64,000 nt of DNA from Kudoa neothunni (lineage: Eukaryota > Animalia > Cnidaria), in assembly GCA_964304625.1 (NCBI GenBank), contig OZ199839.1, forward strand, positions 263,970 to 327,969. Direction: 5' to 3'. The position numbers were made by a program, and so were the translations under genes. Below are positions 12,150-26,790 of this stretch, in pieces. Numbering within the stretch: position 1 is the first letter of the stretch; every line of letters starts with the position of its first letter. The notes beneath the pieces are model-generated. The model did no database searches. It was not told the DNA's origin and saw only the letters and a program-made list of their open reading frames with translations.

Positions 12150-15100
12150 ATGACGCAAAATATAATGACCAACCAGTCAACCGACAGTGAAGATGAGGAT
12201 ATGTTCAGCTGTTTTGATAGAAAACGAAAAATCGACCAAGAATCACCGATCGTTACTAGTAACACGGGCGAAGAAGCAGAACACGACGAACCGACAATTG
12301 CTCCTTCAACTACAACCGAATCACTACTTGTTGATAATAACGATGATGGTGTGGAAATGGAAACAATGTTAATTTTTTTGTATGCTGATTGCATTATGTG
12401 ATCAATTATCTAGAATGATGGATTATTACAAGAAAACAACTATTCGTGAATTGAAGTTTAATGGATCCGCTTCACATCAAGTGGTGATACCTGGTGATGA
12501 TGTTGAATATGTGGATTTGAAACCGAGAGGGAATTGTCCTCCAGCTAAAGTGTTTCATATTTTTATATTGCTGATTAATTGTTAATTATTAATATTAAAT
12601 ATTTAATTTGATTTAGTTAGTTAATTTAATTTAATTAATTTAATTTGCAGGAATATCCCTTCGAGTTGGACTCCTTTCAGAAAGAGGCAATCAAATGTAT
12701 TGAAAATGATCAAAGTGTGCTGGTGGCTGCACACACCTCAGCTGGAAAAACTGTCATAGCTCAATATGCGATTGCACAATGTCTCAAGAATCATCAACGT
12801 GTCATTTACACTAGTCCAATTAAGGTGTTTTAATCATTAGGCTGAATGTCTTCGACAAGTTAATGGTGATTGGTTAGGCGTTAAGCAATCAAAAATATAG
12901 AGAGTTGGCGGAAGAATTTGTGGACGTGGGATTGCAAACTGGCGATGTGACTATCAATCCCACCGCCAGCTGTCTTGTTATGACCACTGAGGTATGCTTA
13001 GTAACAAATTGAAATAGTTGCAACAAAGAGCGATTATTTTGTTTTGTTTGTGATGAATAACAAAGCGTATAATGTAACCGTTTAGATTCTTCGTAGTATG
13101 TTATATAGAGGTTCCGAGTTGATGAGGGAAGTTGGTTGGGTTATATTTGATGAAATCCATTACATGAGGGATACAAGTAATGCATCATTGGATTAATGTT
13201 GATTTTTTGATTGAACTGTTAAGCCCGCGGTGTGGTTTGGGAGGAAACAATTATACTGTTGCCACACAACGTTAGATATGTGTTTTTTATCGGCAACCAT
13301 TCCCGAACGCCACTCAATTCGCTCAGTGGATCGCTGTCACTCACACTCAGGTAATTGTGATTGATTTATTTGGTGGAAAAATGAAATTGATTAGCCCGTC
13401 CATGTTGTTTCTACCGATTTTCGACCTACTCCACTCCAACATTACATTTTTCCAAGTGGCAGCAATGGACTCTATTTAGTCTTGGATGAGGAGGTATTAG
13501 CGCAATTATTATTTTCCATTTTTAAGATATTTATCAAATTATTTGTAAGAGACTATGTAAATTAAGTAAATTAAAGTGGATTCAAAAATAGATGGTAAAA
13601 TCGGTGTATTTTTAAAACTTAAGTTATTATGCTATTTTGGAGCTTAAAATAAATTAAAAATTGTTGTTGAATAAATATTAGGTTGTAGTTAGAGAATATG
13701 TTAAAATCTCAAATACACCTACGTACTGGGTAATAACGAAGTATTTATTTGAGAAAAGACACGCATTAAATATGTAATTCAAACGTATTATTTAATAAGT
13801 TTTTTTTAAATTTTATACATTTAAAAATTATTGGAAATAAAATTAAAAGAAGATAATAGTAACTGAGGTGATTGAAACAAACCATTGTTGAATAATTTGT
13901 CCTAAGATGTTAATTAAATGTTCTCATTTATCTGTATTTGTTTCTGTTATCTACTTTTGAATGGGCGTTATTTTTAAAAATAATTTGATGTGGTTTAATC
14001 ACAGGATTCTTTAATTAATTCTTGTCTTATTTTTTAAAAATTAATGGGTTTTTTATCGACTTGCGAATTTTTTTGGGAATCACCACATGACTTACGTGAA
14101 TGTGATGGGGAGACCTTTTTTAAACAAAAAGAACTGATCATACTTGTATCGATGTATTATTCGAAAATATGACTCATATTAATTTAATGCAATTTATGAT
14201 TATATTCGAGGATAATTGTAGAACTAAATCGCGATTAAGTACCTATTCTTTTGAAAATTTTGCGAATTGCTATAAATAAAAACAACTATTTTAATCATCC
14301 AACATTCTGTTATCTGATTTTACGTAAAAATGGGATGAGAAGTTTTTGCCATATTGATTATTATGTTTTAAAGCCTTTTTTGAATGCTTTTACGTAGCAA
14401 TAATATATATATATATATATATATATGTAATCTATTTAAAGAATTGTGTTAAAACGTATGTAAGATGAGAGGAGAAAATTCAGTAAGTGTAGTCAAAATA
14501 AATTTCAGACTCATTTCTTTTTTTTAAATTTGAATCTCGCGTACTGTCCAAATAGTTCAATTTTAATGTATAAACTAATCAGATTTAATATTTAGAATCT
14601 TTTTTATTTCTTCTAATAACGTATTGTTGGTAAAAAAATAATAAACGTGTAAAAAGTCGGTATAGAACGTTTACCTCAATAATCACTTAAACATGTATCC
14701 CAGTATATTACAATTGAGATAAATAATAAAAATGTCGGTTGGTTTAAGGAATACTCTATCGACAAAACCGCATCGAATTTAGCATTGCCAAATATTTTTT
14801 GTGCTTTTAAATATTAATGGAGTTCAGACAAATGCCTTCACAAGTAGATTATTAAACCTCGCTGATTAATATTCTAAAGCAGAGGTTCTCAAATGTTTTT
14901 TCTTAAATTTACCCCTTAACTTGGAAGCGAAATTCACATCTACTTTAAGGTTGTATACGTATTATTGGATCATTTGGTTACACCTCTAGAAGATAAACGA
15001 GGTATAACTAAGACTGATAGTAGTTTTATAAATAGTTGTTAAATACCTATGCCTAAAACAATTTAAGCATTTCTATTAACCTCTTTATTGAGTCAAATAA

Positions 15101-18100
15101 CCATGAATAATATAACTTCTTAGAAATCTTGAAACACGTGACAAACGGCATTATGAAAAAATTGTCTGCATCCAATTTAGATGCCGCCTAATTTACTCCT
15201 GGTTGAGAATCCCTGATCTAAATAATTATTTACTTCGTTTAATAGTTTTATTTATTTTTATAGTCATCTAAGAATGTTTAACTAATTTAAATTTATTGTT
15301 TCGTCTTCGACACGCATGAAATAACTCAATTTTTTTGTGGAGTTATTCTTCAAATAATAATAATAGCTCCCATATACATAATTCAGTACGAAATTAATTA
15401 TATAAGGATCATCTAGTTGTAAAGTTATTATATCGGGGAATTTATTCCTGAGGATCCATGAGGCCAAAACTGGACAAAAAATTTTTATACGTTAGTTTCT
15501 ATATCAGTTTCATATTTGAGTAAAGAAAAATTTATCTGTGAAAATAGATTTAAGGAATAGTAATTTAAACTATTTTAGATATATCTATGCCATTTTTAAT
15601 AGAAAATAACTTTTGAAATAATAGCTTGCATAAAACATTCTAATATTTATTAAAAATTGGCCTACAATAATAATACAAGTAATATTAATAATTTAACAAC
15701 TCAAAAGAATTGTTAGTTTTAAAAATCAAGTTAAAAAATTGTTCGCAACGTTTTAACCCCGCGAACCTCTGTATTGTAACATTGAGATTTTAAGATTTGA
15801 GCTCGTAATTAAACATTATAAAAGATTATAATCGATATTTGCGTTTCATTAAGTTGTGAATCGGAAAGTTTATAATAGATTATCACTGGGGAAATTTTTT
15901 AGTGGAATTGTGTCATGGAAGAAGATTTTAATCTAATTGTGATATTTCTCTTAATTTTTGTTGATGATTAATCGTAAACTTTAATCGTTGGGTTTCTCTT
16001 TAAATGCTAACATTATTTAAAAAATTGTAATTTTCTATGGTTGAGAAATTAAATAGGTTAATGCGGACATAATTTCTTCTTTTATGCGTAAATCAAATGT
16101 TGTATTATATAATTATTTTTGTTTATCTTGTACGCTCTAAATCTCAATGAGTTAAGGCCGTTTGAATAAGAAAATGCAGCGTTAATCAATAAATTAGTTG
16201 ACTTTGTTAGGCAATTTGTTCTTCACATCTTTTATTTATGTTACCGACGATGTCTTGTTAGAATACTGAACGAATCTTCAAAAATTAGACTCATTTTTAT
16301 GTATAACATTATAAAGTTTTTAAATTTATTATTCTTAATTAATTAGTAAACAGTTCTGCATTTTGTAAGTAAAGCAGTTCACTAAAATTACTTGATTGTA
16401 TTTTAGCCTTTCGTGAATGTGCCATAACAACCTTTGTTAACTGTAGTAAAGTTAATTCAGTGCCTAACTTACATTAACCGCATATTTTAAATAGAGCTGT
16501 TAATAGCTTGATAAATTATTATCACCAGCAAAATGACGTCATAATAGTGACTTTTTATAGGGAGTTTTTCGCAGTGATACTTTTAACCGTGCTATGTCAA
16601 CTTTGAATGGACAAGATGACTCGCTTCTAGACAGCGACAAAAACAATCGAAACCATTCCAAAAAAGACAAATTCAAATCTCCCGCTAGAAAACAGTCTAT
16701 GAACACTTGTATTGATAATGTTTCGCGTCTTGTTGAACTTGGCATCAAAAAAAGCTATACACCCATAATTGTGTTCAGTTTCAGCAAAAAGGAATGCGAG
16801 GCATATGCCACAGGATTAGCTAAAATGAATTTGAATGATGACACCGAGAAATACAACATAGACAAAGTGTTTTCGAGTGCAATTGCATGCTTGTCTGACC
16901 AAGACAAAGAACTACCTCAAGTTAAAAATGCGTTACCACTTTTGTTGAGAGGTATTGGAATCCACCATTCGGGATTGATGCCAATTCTGAAAGAGATCAC
17001 TGAGATTCTATTTTCCGAAGGACTCATTAAGGTATTTGCAATGATTGATTACGGATTTGAACTGCTGGACTAATGTAAAATTGATATACACATGACATGG
17101 CTGTTTTAGGTGTTGTTCGCGACTGAAACGTTTGCGATGGGCTTAAATATGCCAGCAAGAACTGTGATTTTTACAAGTATAAAAAAATTTGATGGTACCG
17201 AACGCCGTACTCTCACCAGCGGTGAATATATTCAAATGAGTGGTCGTGCTGGTCGTAGAGGTTTGGATGATCGTGGAATTGTCATTCTCATTGCAGACAG
17301 CAAACTTGATCCAACTGAAGGAAGAAATCTTCTCCAAGGTGACCCTGATCAATTAATTAGTGCGTTCCGTCTCACCTACAATATGTTGTTGAATTTGCTG
17401 CGTCTTGAGGGAGTAAATCCTGAGTATATGGTTGAGAAAAGCTTCCATCAATTCCAAATCAGTTCTTCTATTCCCGAGAAATTGGAAAGTAACATCTAAG
17501 ATCATGATGTTTATCTCTCTATAGATTCACTTTTTCGCCTTCTCATAATGTTTTATGTTGTAGGGGTCAAATCGCTCGAAATAGAGTACGAAAGATTGAA
17601 TGTGACTGACGATGACAGCAAATCCGACGATATCGAATCATACATGATTTTGAAGAATAATGTTGATTCGATGGCGTTACAAGTGAACAACTATATTCGG
17701 GATCCTAAATATGTTCTTCCATACTTACAACCTGGAAGACTGATTAAAATCAAACACAAAGACGAAGATTTCAATTGGGGTTGTTTGGTTAATTTCCAAA
17801 AACGCAAACAAGGCTCCAATCATGTATATATCCTCGAAATTCTCCTCAACTGTGACAACACCACAATAAAAACCTCGTCCTACCAATTTCCAAAACCCGC
17901 TCCACCAAACGCTAAACCTAATCAAGTTGAAATGGTTGTACTTCCCGTTAGTTTGGAGATGGTAGATGCCATTAGTTGTATCAAAATTTTTATCCCTTCG
18001 GATGTCCGGTCTTCTGATGCTCGTCGTCGCATTTCAATGACCGTCAAAGAGATCGAGAAAAAGTTTTTGAACGATCTCCCTCTTCTTGATCCTATCAAGG

Positions 18101-20224
18101 ATATGCATATAAACGAGGAAGATTTTCTACAGCTACATTCTGCCTATCAACGTTTGTGTGATCGTTTGAGTGTGCATCCATTCCATCAAAAATACACCGA
18201 AATCACACAACAATCCGATAACGGGAACAATATTTATCTCGAGAAATTGAATAATAAAATGGCTTTGGGTCTTCAGTTGCGATTAGCTAAAGATGATCTC
18301 AAACATGTGAAGGATGTTGTTCAGTTGAACGAGTTGAAGTGCAGAAAAAGGGTTCTTCGAAGGTGATTGTTGTTGCTTAGTGTATGTTGGCCGATACGAG
18401 GGAATTTTAATCTAAAAAATGCATGGGGGCATGCACCAGCATTTTTTAATTCCAGACATCTTAAGATCCTTTCATATTTAAGTTTTTACCCTTGTTAAAT
18501 GTTTGACATTATTTGTCACAGGAAATGCTAAGATAATCCATAACAAAAAATTTACTATATCATTATTTCTATTTCGATAACAATATAGATTTATCTATAG
18601 TTATTAACTAAAATATAAAATATTATTGTTTAGCATATTTATTTTATAAACTAATAAAATAAGTTTAAAAGCGTTATTATTTAATGATTGTGATTAAATA
18701 ATGAATTTTTAATAAAATTTCAATATAGTTTATTTTCATGTTATTTTGATATTATAATTTATTTTTTACATTATCATCGTTATATTATAGTAATTAAATT
18801 TAACGTTGTTAAATAGTTTAATTTTTATCATTGTAGTCATAAATATTTAATTTGTGTCAACAAAAGAAATTGTATACATTTTTGGTTTATTTTAATATTA
18901 TTCATATTAATAGAGTTAAATAATTTGAAATAGACGAACTTTTGATTAATTATTTAGAATTTTCCTAAAAATTTGGAGAGTATATTATCGTTTGATTGTA
19001 TCCTATATTCACATATGTATAAACCAATTTTGAAATAATTAACGACTGCAGGCATTAAGTTAGCTATCAAATGTTGTTGATTTAATGCGAGTGGTATTTT
19101 TTAATTTTCACAAAATTTCTCTTAGATGGTGAAATTACGCAATTTTCGTTTGGTAATGGATGTTCTACCTAACTCAAAATTTTGTTTGTGCTATCCATTA
19201 GTTATTTATTTTTAACGTTTTTACAGTAATTGTTAGCTGAGGGTTATTTTCTGGATATATCACCCCTATGTCTAATTTGTAATCGTATTAAAATTAATAA
19301 GACAACTTTAATTTTTATAGTTAGCTGTTTTATTTCTTTGGCTATTTCAAAATTCGAGTATAACATCGGAAAACTCCATCCATATCAGTTGAATTTTTTG
19401 TGATTATAATTATCACATTCTTATTATTATAAATTCAAAACTTGTATCGCTAGTCACACGATTTCTGCAGCTGACACTACATATCGTATTGACGTTGGTT
19501 TTTTTAGGCTGGGATTCATATCGTCGGCTGATGTGATTGAACTTAAAGGTAGAGTTGCTTGCGAGATAAGCAGGTAAATTGAAAATAATTTTAACTTTTT
19601 TATTCGGTATCTATATGGATAACCTCATAACTTATATAGTGCCGATGAACTGCTTCTTACTGAAATGTTATTCAATGGAGTGTTCAACGAATTGAGCGTA
19701 CATCAAATAAGTGCGCTATTGAGTTGTTTCGTATTCCAAGAGAAGGTATACCTGTTTTATATTCTGCTTATTTTCCATCCGATTATAGACAAATACCACT
19801 GGAAACGTTAAACTTGAAAGCGAACTAAGCGGACCTCTTAAGATACTGCAAGATACCGCAAAGAAAATAGCCAAAGTTTCCAACGAAGCGAAATTCTCAC
19901 TTGATTCCACTCAATACGTGAATCAATTCGTATCCATGTTGATGGATGTTGTGTATACATGGTCGAAAGGTGCGTCGTTTTCCCAGATATCAAAAATGAC
20001 GGATGTTTTCGAAGGTTATTTCTAACATTTGACCAGTTATTCAACACCTGTGATTATATTAAATAGGAAGCATTATTCGATGTATAAGACGATTGGAAGA
20101 ACTTGTTAGACAACTATGCATGGCCGCGAAAGTTATTGGAAATAATGAACTAGAGGAAAAATTCTCACAGGCTGTGCAATGTATTAAAAGAGATATTATT
20201 TTTGCCGCTAGTTTGTACCTATAA
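12150..20224 (+). CDS. MTREX: Exosome RNA helicase MTR4 (SKIV2L2/MTREX), about 13 exons
   Basis: Spliced translation gives [69 protein letters not shown], the arch/KOW region and C-terminal [11 protein letters not shown]. Introns are GT-AG; the long ones are ~13494-16560 and ~18363-19508. Two apparent +1 insertions near 13283-13304. Confidence 0.95.
14880..15215. mobile_element. hAT (Charlie-like) MITE inside an MTR4 intron
   Basis: TIRs cagaggttctcaa / ttgagaatccctg; imperfect 8-bp TSD ttctaaag / atctaaat. Confidence 0.55.
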
Positions 20225-21370
20225 AGTATTATATGTTTAGTTATCTCGTGTTTTTAACCTTCGCATTAATCCCTTTTCCATTTAAATTCTAAAAGAAGCA
20301 ATAATTGTCAAAAACATTAGATGGATGATCAATCTAAGATAATCAAAAATAAGTCTCACACTTCCGGCTTGCTTTAAACATAACATCTCCAACACCTCTT
20401 GTGTATTATGAAATATAACAATTAATTTGGAAGACAACGAATTTAACTGTAAATAGTTAACAACTCTAAATTTAAAATTATTTACTCTAGTGGGAAGTTT
20501 CCTATGTAAATAATTTTTACAACTAAATATTATTTTTAATAAATGTTTTCCGCGTAATTTTTCATTAACCTTAATTTTAGCTTAAATAATTTATTAAATA
20601 AAAGGATTATCTTAAATACGCACGCGCATTGAATTTTTTCTTAAAGTAGGTATTTACGAGAATTTAAATATTTTATATTTTTTCAAAAAATTATCTGATC
20701 TATTCTTGGAATGCCAATTTTCGGGTTATGCATGACATTGACCTCACGACGAATGCAGCGGAACTACTTCATCTCCATTTCTCCTCAAGGTTCAATCAAT
20801 TTCATTCTAGCACTGATACTTTCATATATGAGCTTAAGGAAACCCAAAATTTAATGGAGCAGGGAATATATTATGTTTTGTGCCACCAAAATACTGAAAA
20901 TTCAAAATGCAAATAAAAAATGTGGAAAATTCGAAATATTTGCTCCCAATATGATAAATACTACGGAAAACTATTTTTGGAATCCATTACAAGAATTTAT
21001 AGTTGGAAATTTGATTAAATTATCCGTTAAAAAAATATATATTTCGCAAAGCTGATTACACAAATTCAATAATAGGATTGAAATCCGCTCGCTTCAAACT
21101 GATAGTCAATCGGAGTTAACAATCCCCCCTTATATTCTATTAATAACTGCTAACTTAATACCGTCAACTATTTACTTAATTTATCTATCTATATACATAA
21201 TTTAAATGGGCTTAAATCGCATTGAACAACCAAGAAAAGTCAAGTTAGCGGTAAATATTTGAATCGATTTAAATACAGCTAGAAAAATCAATCTGAGAAA
21301 AAACAGGATAAAAAAATTATTTAAACCACATTTCCGTTATTTTTTTCCACATATAAAAATAAAAGTTTAA

Positions 21371-24060
21371 CTACAATTTCTTTTCATCGGAATACTTGGA
21401 GGATTTTTGGTTTTTGTTGGTTTGTAATTTGCCATTGAAATCGCTTATCAGATCTCCGAACTAAAATGAGCGCATATTAACATAAGTCATTAAAAAATTC
21501 ATGAATACTGGATCAATTGGTTTAGTAGATGAAATTATTTGTTGGGATAAGGACAGAGGTTTGGGTTCCGCGGAGAAGTTATTTCCATCACTTTTTTCGA
21601 CAAAAGTATTGTCTAAAGTGGCGGACTAAACAAATTCAAAATCGGTATATCATTATTCAAACATTTATAAGAGAAAATACAGTGTTAGAAGCATCGTAAA
21701 GCATAAGGGACGACTGATCGGAGTTATGACTAATGATCATGGATTGAGCTTTGCTTTGCAATTCTGGGGATTTGGGCAGAATTTGCGACTCAAATGTGGA
21801 TGAATTTTCAAAGTCAATCCCAACACTCTCTCCCACACTTGCACCTAATGGATCCAGAAATTCTTGTGTGAAAGATGGGCAACTTTCACGTAACTTCAGG
21901 TGTTCAGGAAGATTGTTTTCAATTCCTACAACAATAGCTTCAAGTCTGGAGTAGTCGCTTTGATGTTTTTCATTCTAGAAAAAATCATTTAAAACTATTG
22001 CGACCGAAGCAACTGTATGAAGAATCAATTACCATCTCATGCATTTGCTGATTGGCTGAGTTAACGTGTGATATGAGCTCTGCTATTTGGGTCTTTTGTC
22101 GAACAATTACATCCTAGAAAAGAGCTCAAAACGACAGAAAATTCTCAATGACAGTTACATGAAGGTTGGTATTTTCATCTTGGAGAGATGAACATTTTTT
22201 GTGTAGCTTTTTTTTATCATTTTCCAGATTTTTAATCAACTGAAATTCACATAACATATAAATCACTCATTAAAAAACATACATTATCAACTTCGTTATC
22301 GGTATCATCTAAACCAAAATGTAAAAAATCATCCTCGACAAAAACCAACAAAAACCTTCAACAGTGGCAGTGGCAGCGGCAGCATTGGCTGTAGCATTAG
22401 TAGCGGTATTAATAGCAGTAGCAACATTAGAAGTGGGTGAACCTAGGAGGAGACTTCTTTCTGAGCTTGCACGGTTACTTTGAGGTTGGTAGTGTCTAAT
22501 TTCTTCGAGTTGTTTAGCCATAGTAAGACTTTGTTCGACAAAAGTTTCATTTGCTTTTTTCCATGTATTTTGCAAATCTCGATATTTTTCTTTTTCAGCG
22601 TTGAGTTCTATTTGGACTATATCAAATATAAAACAACTACAGTCACATTTAAGAGGATGTACATCTTTTTAGATTTTTTTTCAATATTTCATTCTCCTCG
22701 CATATATTCTCTAGATAAATCCCATATCGATTGAGTGGGTGAAGTGAAAAATTACCATTGTTGTTGAGCAGCGCTGTAGAATACATATGGAAATCGAATT
22801 TTTCATTCACACTAGTGGCCATATCAGAAAGTATAGCCACCAACTAAAGGTGATATCAACAGGGATTTGAATGGATTTCGACGGTGAGTTACTTTAGCGA
22901 AATTGTAGGAATCGGGTTGTTGTTCGTTGATTTTGTATTTATCCATTAATTTGGTGACGTCGCACTTATCAAAGTTTACATTTTTGCTGGAATTCTACAC
23001 ACAAATCTAAGTTGATAAGCTGTTATTCCTATCAATACTTTCAATTCTTCGGTGATATTTAACTGATATTCGTATTGTTTGACTTTTTTTTTCAACTCTT
23101 CAATTTCCTATTAATTTCAATTTCAATATCAATCAAATCAGCTACTTCGACAAAACATTAAATAGCAAGGTCGATAGACCACTTAACAGTGGATACAAAT
23201 ATCAATTTTGAAATTACTAATTCAAGCGGATTGACAATTGATTTCAAAATAGCACTATCCATTTGGGCCTACAAATCAATTCAATATTGGTTTCATAAGT
23301 GAATTTGGTTTGGAAATAATGCGTGTGTAATCAGAGGGTGAAGTACTTTGACAAAATCAGGATCTAAATCATCCTCCTTCATGTAACTCTCTAACAATTT
23401 GTGCGTATCTGCTAAATTCGAAGATTAACGAAAAACCCCAACAACAGAATACCATCCAAATTTTGAGAGGATGAAGCTTGAAGCTGTTCGCTGGCCAAAG
23501 TGATGGACTTTTTAAAATTTTGATTTTCCTTTCCCAACTCCACTTGATGGGGAATGAATCAATTTTAATCACCAAAGAACTTACCGGCTCTAGCAACAAT
23601 CGATTTAAGCAAATTGAATTTGGTTTCTAATTTGAATTTTTCGCTTTTCAAATTAGAAATTTGAGTTTGTAAACGTTTGGTGGTCACAATTTCAGCTATT
23701 CAACAAAAAATCATTAGAGATTTCAATTCGATACTTGCAATCATAATAATATCCAATATCCAATAGGATAATAATTTAATATTAAGGTTATTTAAGGGGT
23801 TCAACTTTGAGAAGGGGGATCTCTTTCAGTCATAAGATTTATTCTTCGGGATTGCCTAGTAACATTTTTTCTCGTGTATTCAACCCTTATTTAATACAGG
23901 AAAACAAAACTAATTATTATCGATCAGGTAAAACGTTAACATTTGTCGCTAAAGAATACAGTTAACTGTAAATAATGAAAATATTACTACAAAACAAGCA
24001 ATTAAATGTAGATTTTGAGTCTGAGTAAGAACGAGCCTTCTCTTTCCTGGAACTATCCAT
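21371..24060 (-). CDS. Rabaptin (RABEP1/2)-like coiled-coil Rab effector, multi-exon; start uncertain
   Basis: Spliced segments AQMDSAILKSIVNPLELEIEELKKK and FHMYSTALLNN...RDLQNTWKKANETFVEQ match rabaptin-5 AQEDAEKLRSVVMPMEKEI and LEMYVAVLN...LKHTWQKANDQFLES. Short GT-AG introns; stop TAG at 21371-21373. Confidence 0.7.
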
Positions 24061-24189
24061 AGTTCAAATCGATACCAATTTCAAACGACTATCACTAATA
24101 CGCTCGAATCTCATCAATTTAACATCAATATAATTAACAAAGTTTAGAACATAATCTTCATATAACCGCTGCAATCATAACAAAAATAT

Positions 24190-24887
24190 TAACTCATGCA
24201 GCAGTAGTATTGCGAGTCGAATAGGAGAATGCTTATTAAGGTATGGACTTTAAGTATATTGGTATAGGTCAAATAGAAATATTGTATCAACTATGCATTG
24301 TGCATTTATCGAATTGAACAGCTGCTTATCAAATGCGATTATAATAATTTGTTGAGAAGCCCTCAGTAAATCATAATAAAATTACCGTGCAATAACTGCT
24401 TGTTGTCAAGTTGTGATAACTCAATTACTCCGCTGTTATTTATGTTTCTATAGATATCATGGTGCACACTTGAGGGCGAATTTCCTATGGTGCTTGGTTC
24501 ACTGATTAGCATTGAGTTGCTATTGACACCGGTGTGACTTGGCGAAAAATCGACCAATGTTTCATAATTTTCATAATTGCCACTTGAGACGGAATTGGCG
24601 TGTGAACTGCTGATCGGGAGAGATTGTTTGTTGGAGTGTACACGATTAGACAAAAACAACTCGTTATATTCGAATGGAATTGTGGGTTTTAAGGTGGTGA
24701 TGTTGGATTGTGAGGAAACTTCGGGTTTCCTCATAAATTCTTCTCTTGTTGTTGCTATTTATTAAGTTATAAAAATAAATCCTGCACTTTACATAGCATT
24801 TCAATGGTAAATACGTGATTTCACAGGGGCTACTGATTTGGGTTGGCTCCTTAAAGAGGGTAATATTTTTCTTCTCGATTGGGACAT
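24190..24887 (-). CDS. Ser/Asn-rich hypothetical protein, or a 5' extension of the rabaptin-like gene
   Basis: ATG at 24887 (MSQSRRKILPSLR...) splices GT-AG in frame to ORF 24363-24734, which ends at a gtaatt donor. The 3' end is unresolved. Confidence 0.4.
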
Positions 24888-25283
24888 TATCTACAATTTT
24901 AGTCGGCGTATCTCCCTCAAAACCCCCAAAATAAAATTCTGATAAGATTCACGATCAAATCCACAATTTAAGTGCTTATTAGAAGTGATAATCACACTCG
25001 GAAAATCCACTTATCCCAAATCCCCTTTTCCAAATAGATATATCAGCGTTAAGCAGTCTAAGAAGTTGCAGCCGTTCAGTAATAAGCAAGTTATGAGAGA
25101 GCTATGGAGTTCATTGAATTTTTAACATTATGTGCAAATAAACTAACGTGCTAAGCATGAGAAATACACAATTGAATATCTTAACAGTGGCATATCTCAG
25201 GTATTGGACAGTAAAAAAACAACTAATCAATCTATTCACTAAAACAATTATTGTTTTTGCTATCAAAAACTCCTCTATATGTG

Positions 25284-26790
25284 TCATTGAACAAGCTTGT
25301 TTGCGTACTGGAACTCTTCAGACATGGTATGATGCAACATATCTATAGCTACCAAACAACTTTCACTTATCAGACGATTTGGATGTTTAGCAATTTCCAT
25401 TAGACATCCGAGGGACTTGTCCTATACAATTTAAAGTTGTCAGCTAGTTTTTATATAGATAGAAACCAGTATATTTTTCAAATACCGAAGATATAGAACC
25501 AAGTGCGATAGCACATTCATGCCTTACCATTGGGTGTTGATTTTCGTCTTTTAACGCCTAAAAATGTAAAAAATACATTATTCGAAATATATTCATTAAG
25601 AGAATGATGCTTAGTGCTTATGTGTAATAGACAATACCTCGATAATTGCAGTGACAGCAGTTTCACTCTGCAGTTGACCGAGAACAAAAGCTACTTCATG
25701 ACGAAATAAAGCACCACCAAAGCCAAGTCCCTTTGCTATTATCTATGAGATTATATATTGACGTTATTTATTGAGATGGCAATTGTTAATAGATTTTAGT
25801 TACGTTTATTGCTTCATCGTCAGCAATATTTCTTAATGTAAACATTGCTCTACAAATTTTAAATTTAAAACTCATTGATATACGAAAACCCATGAAACAA
25901 TGTGTTCGTTAGAGTTACCTATAACGTGTAAAAAGATCCGTATCTACATCTAAAAATAATGTTCTTAAATCGTCAATGCTGTTGTAATTGAGTGATGGTG
26001 TTGGATCGATAGTTGCCAAGTTACTTAAATTTTCATGAGACTTAAATATTGACAAGGTAACTCAACAACGTTGATTACCTCTCAGTAACTAAGCTTTCAA
26101 TATTTTCATTCTTATGATAATTGATTCGACGAATGGCCAACTGACATGTTTCCGCTATCTATCTCGACATTTCTATTGTCAACATACAAATAAATGTAAA
26201 CTTTATCACCTCGGTTATCGGACAATGCTCATATTCTTTTAAGAGTGTCACAGATGATTCATCAGCAATAGCACCCAATGCCTCCGCTGCCTTTAATAAT
26301 AACAATTTTCAGCATCCAACTAAACATTACAACCAACTCACTTCATGCCGAACTATTGCTGGCAATGATTCATTCTCCAGAACATTAATAAGACAATCGA
26401 TAGAAGATTTATCCTAAAATTTAATTGGATTCAATTTTAATAGATTCGAATCAGAATCGATGCGCCATCAATAGAAAAATAGTTATCCAACCTCCATTTG
26501 GCCCAAACAATAGGCAGCCTCATGTGCTATCAATTCCGAATCGTCATATAAAACTAAAAATTAAATCAAAATTTTATTAATATCAAAAAACTACCCTTGC
26601 TAACCCATTCTGCTGCATGTGGCCCTTTTATATTTTCTAAAGTAAACAACGCTCGATATCGCTCCGAGATTTTACTAGAGAAATGGATTAGGCTTGCCAA
26701 ATGTGGAAAGATTAATGAGGCATGTGCTTACCATTCTAAGTTGGTTAAAACTCTCCCGATTTCGTCTATTTTCTCAATACTCACCTCCAT
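25284..26790 (-). CDS. DOHH: Deoxyhypusine hydroxylase, multi-exon
   Basis: HEAT-repeat protein with RYRALFTL and all four His-Glu iron ligand motifs (AHEAAYCLGQM, VRHEAAEALG, FRHEVAFVLGQL, MVRHECAIALG). C-terminal ESCLVAIDM..EEFQYA. Confidence 0.93.
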
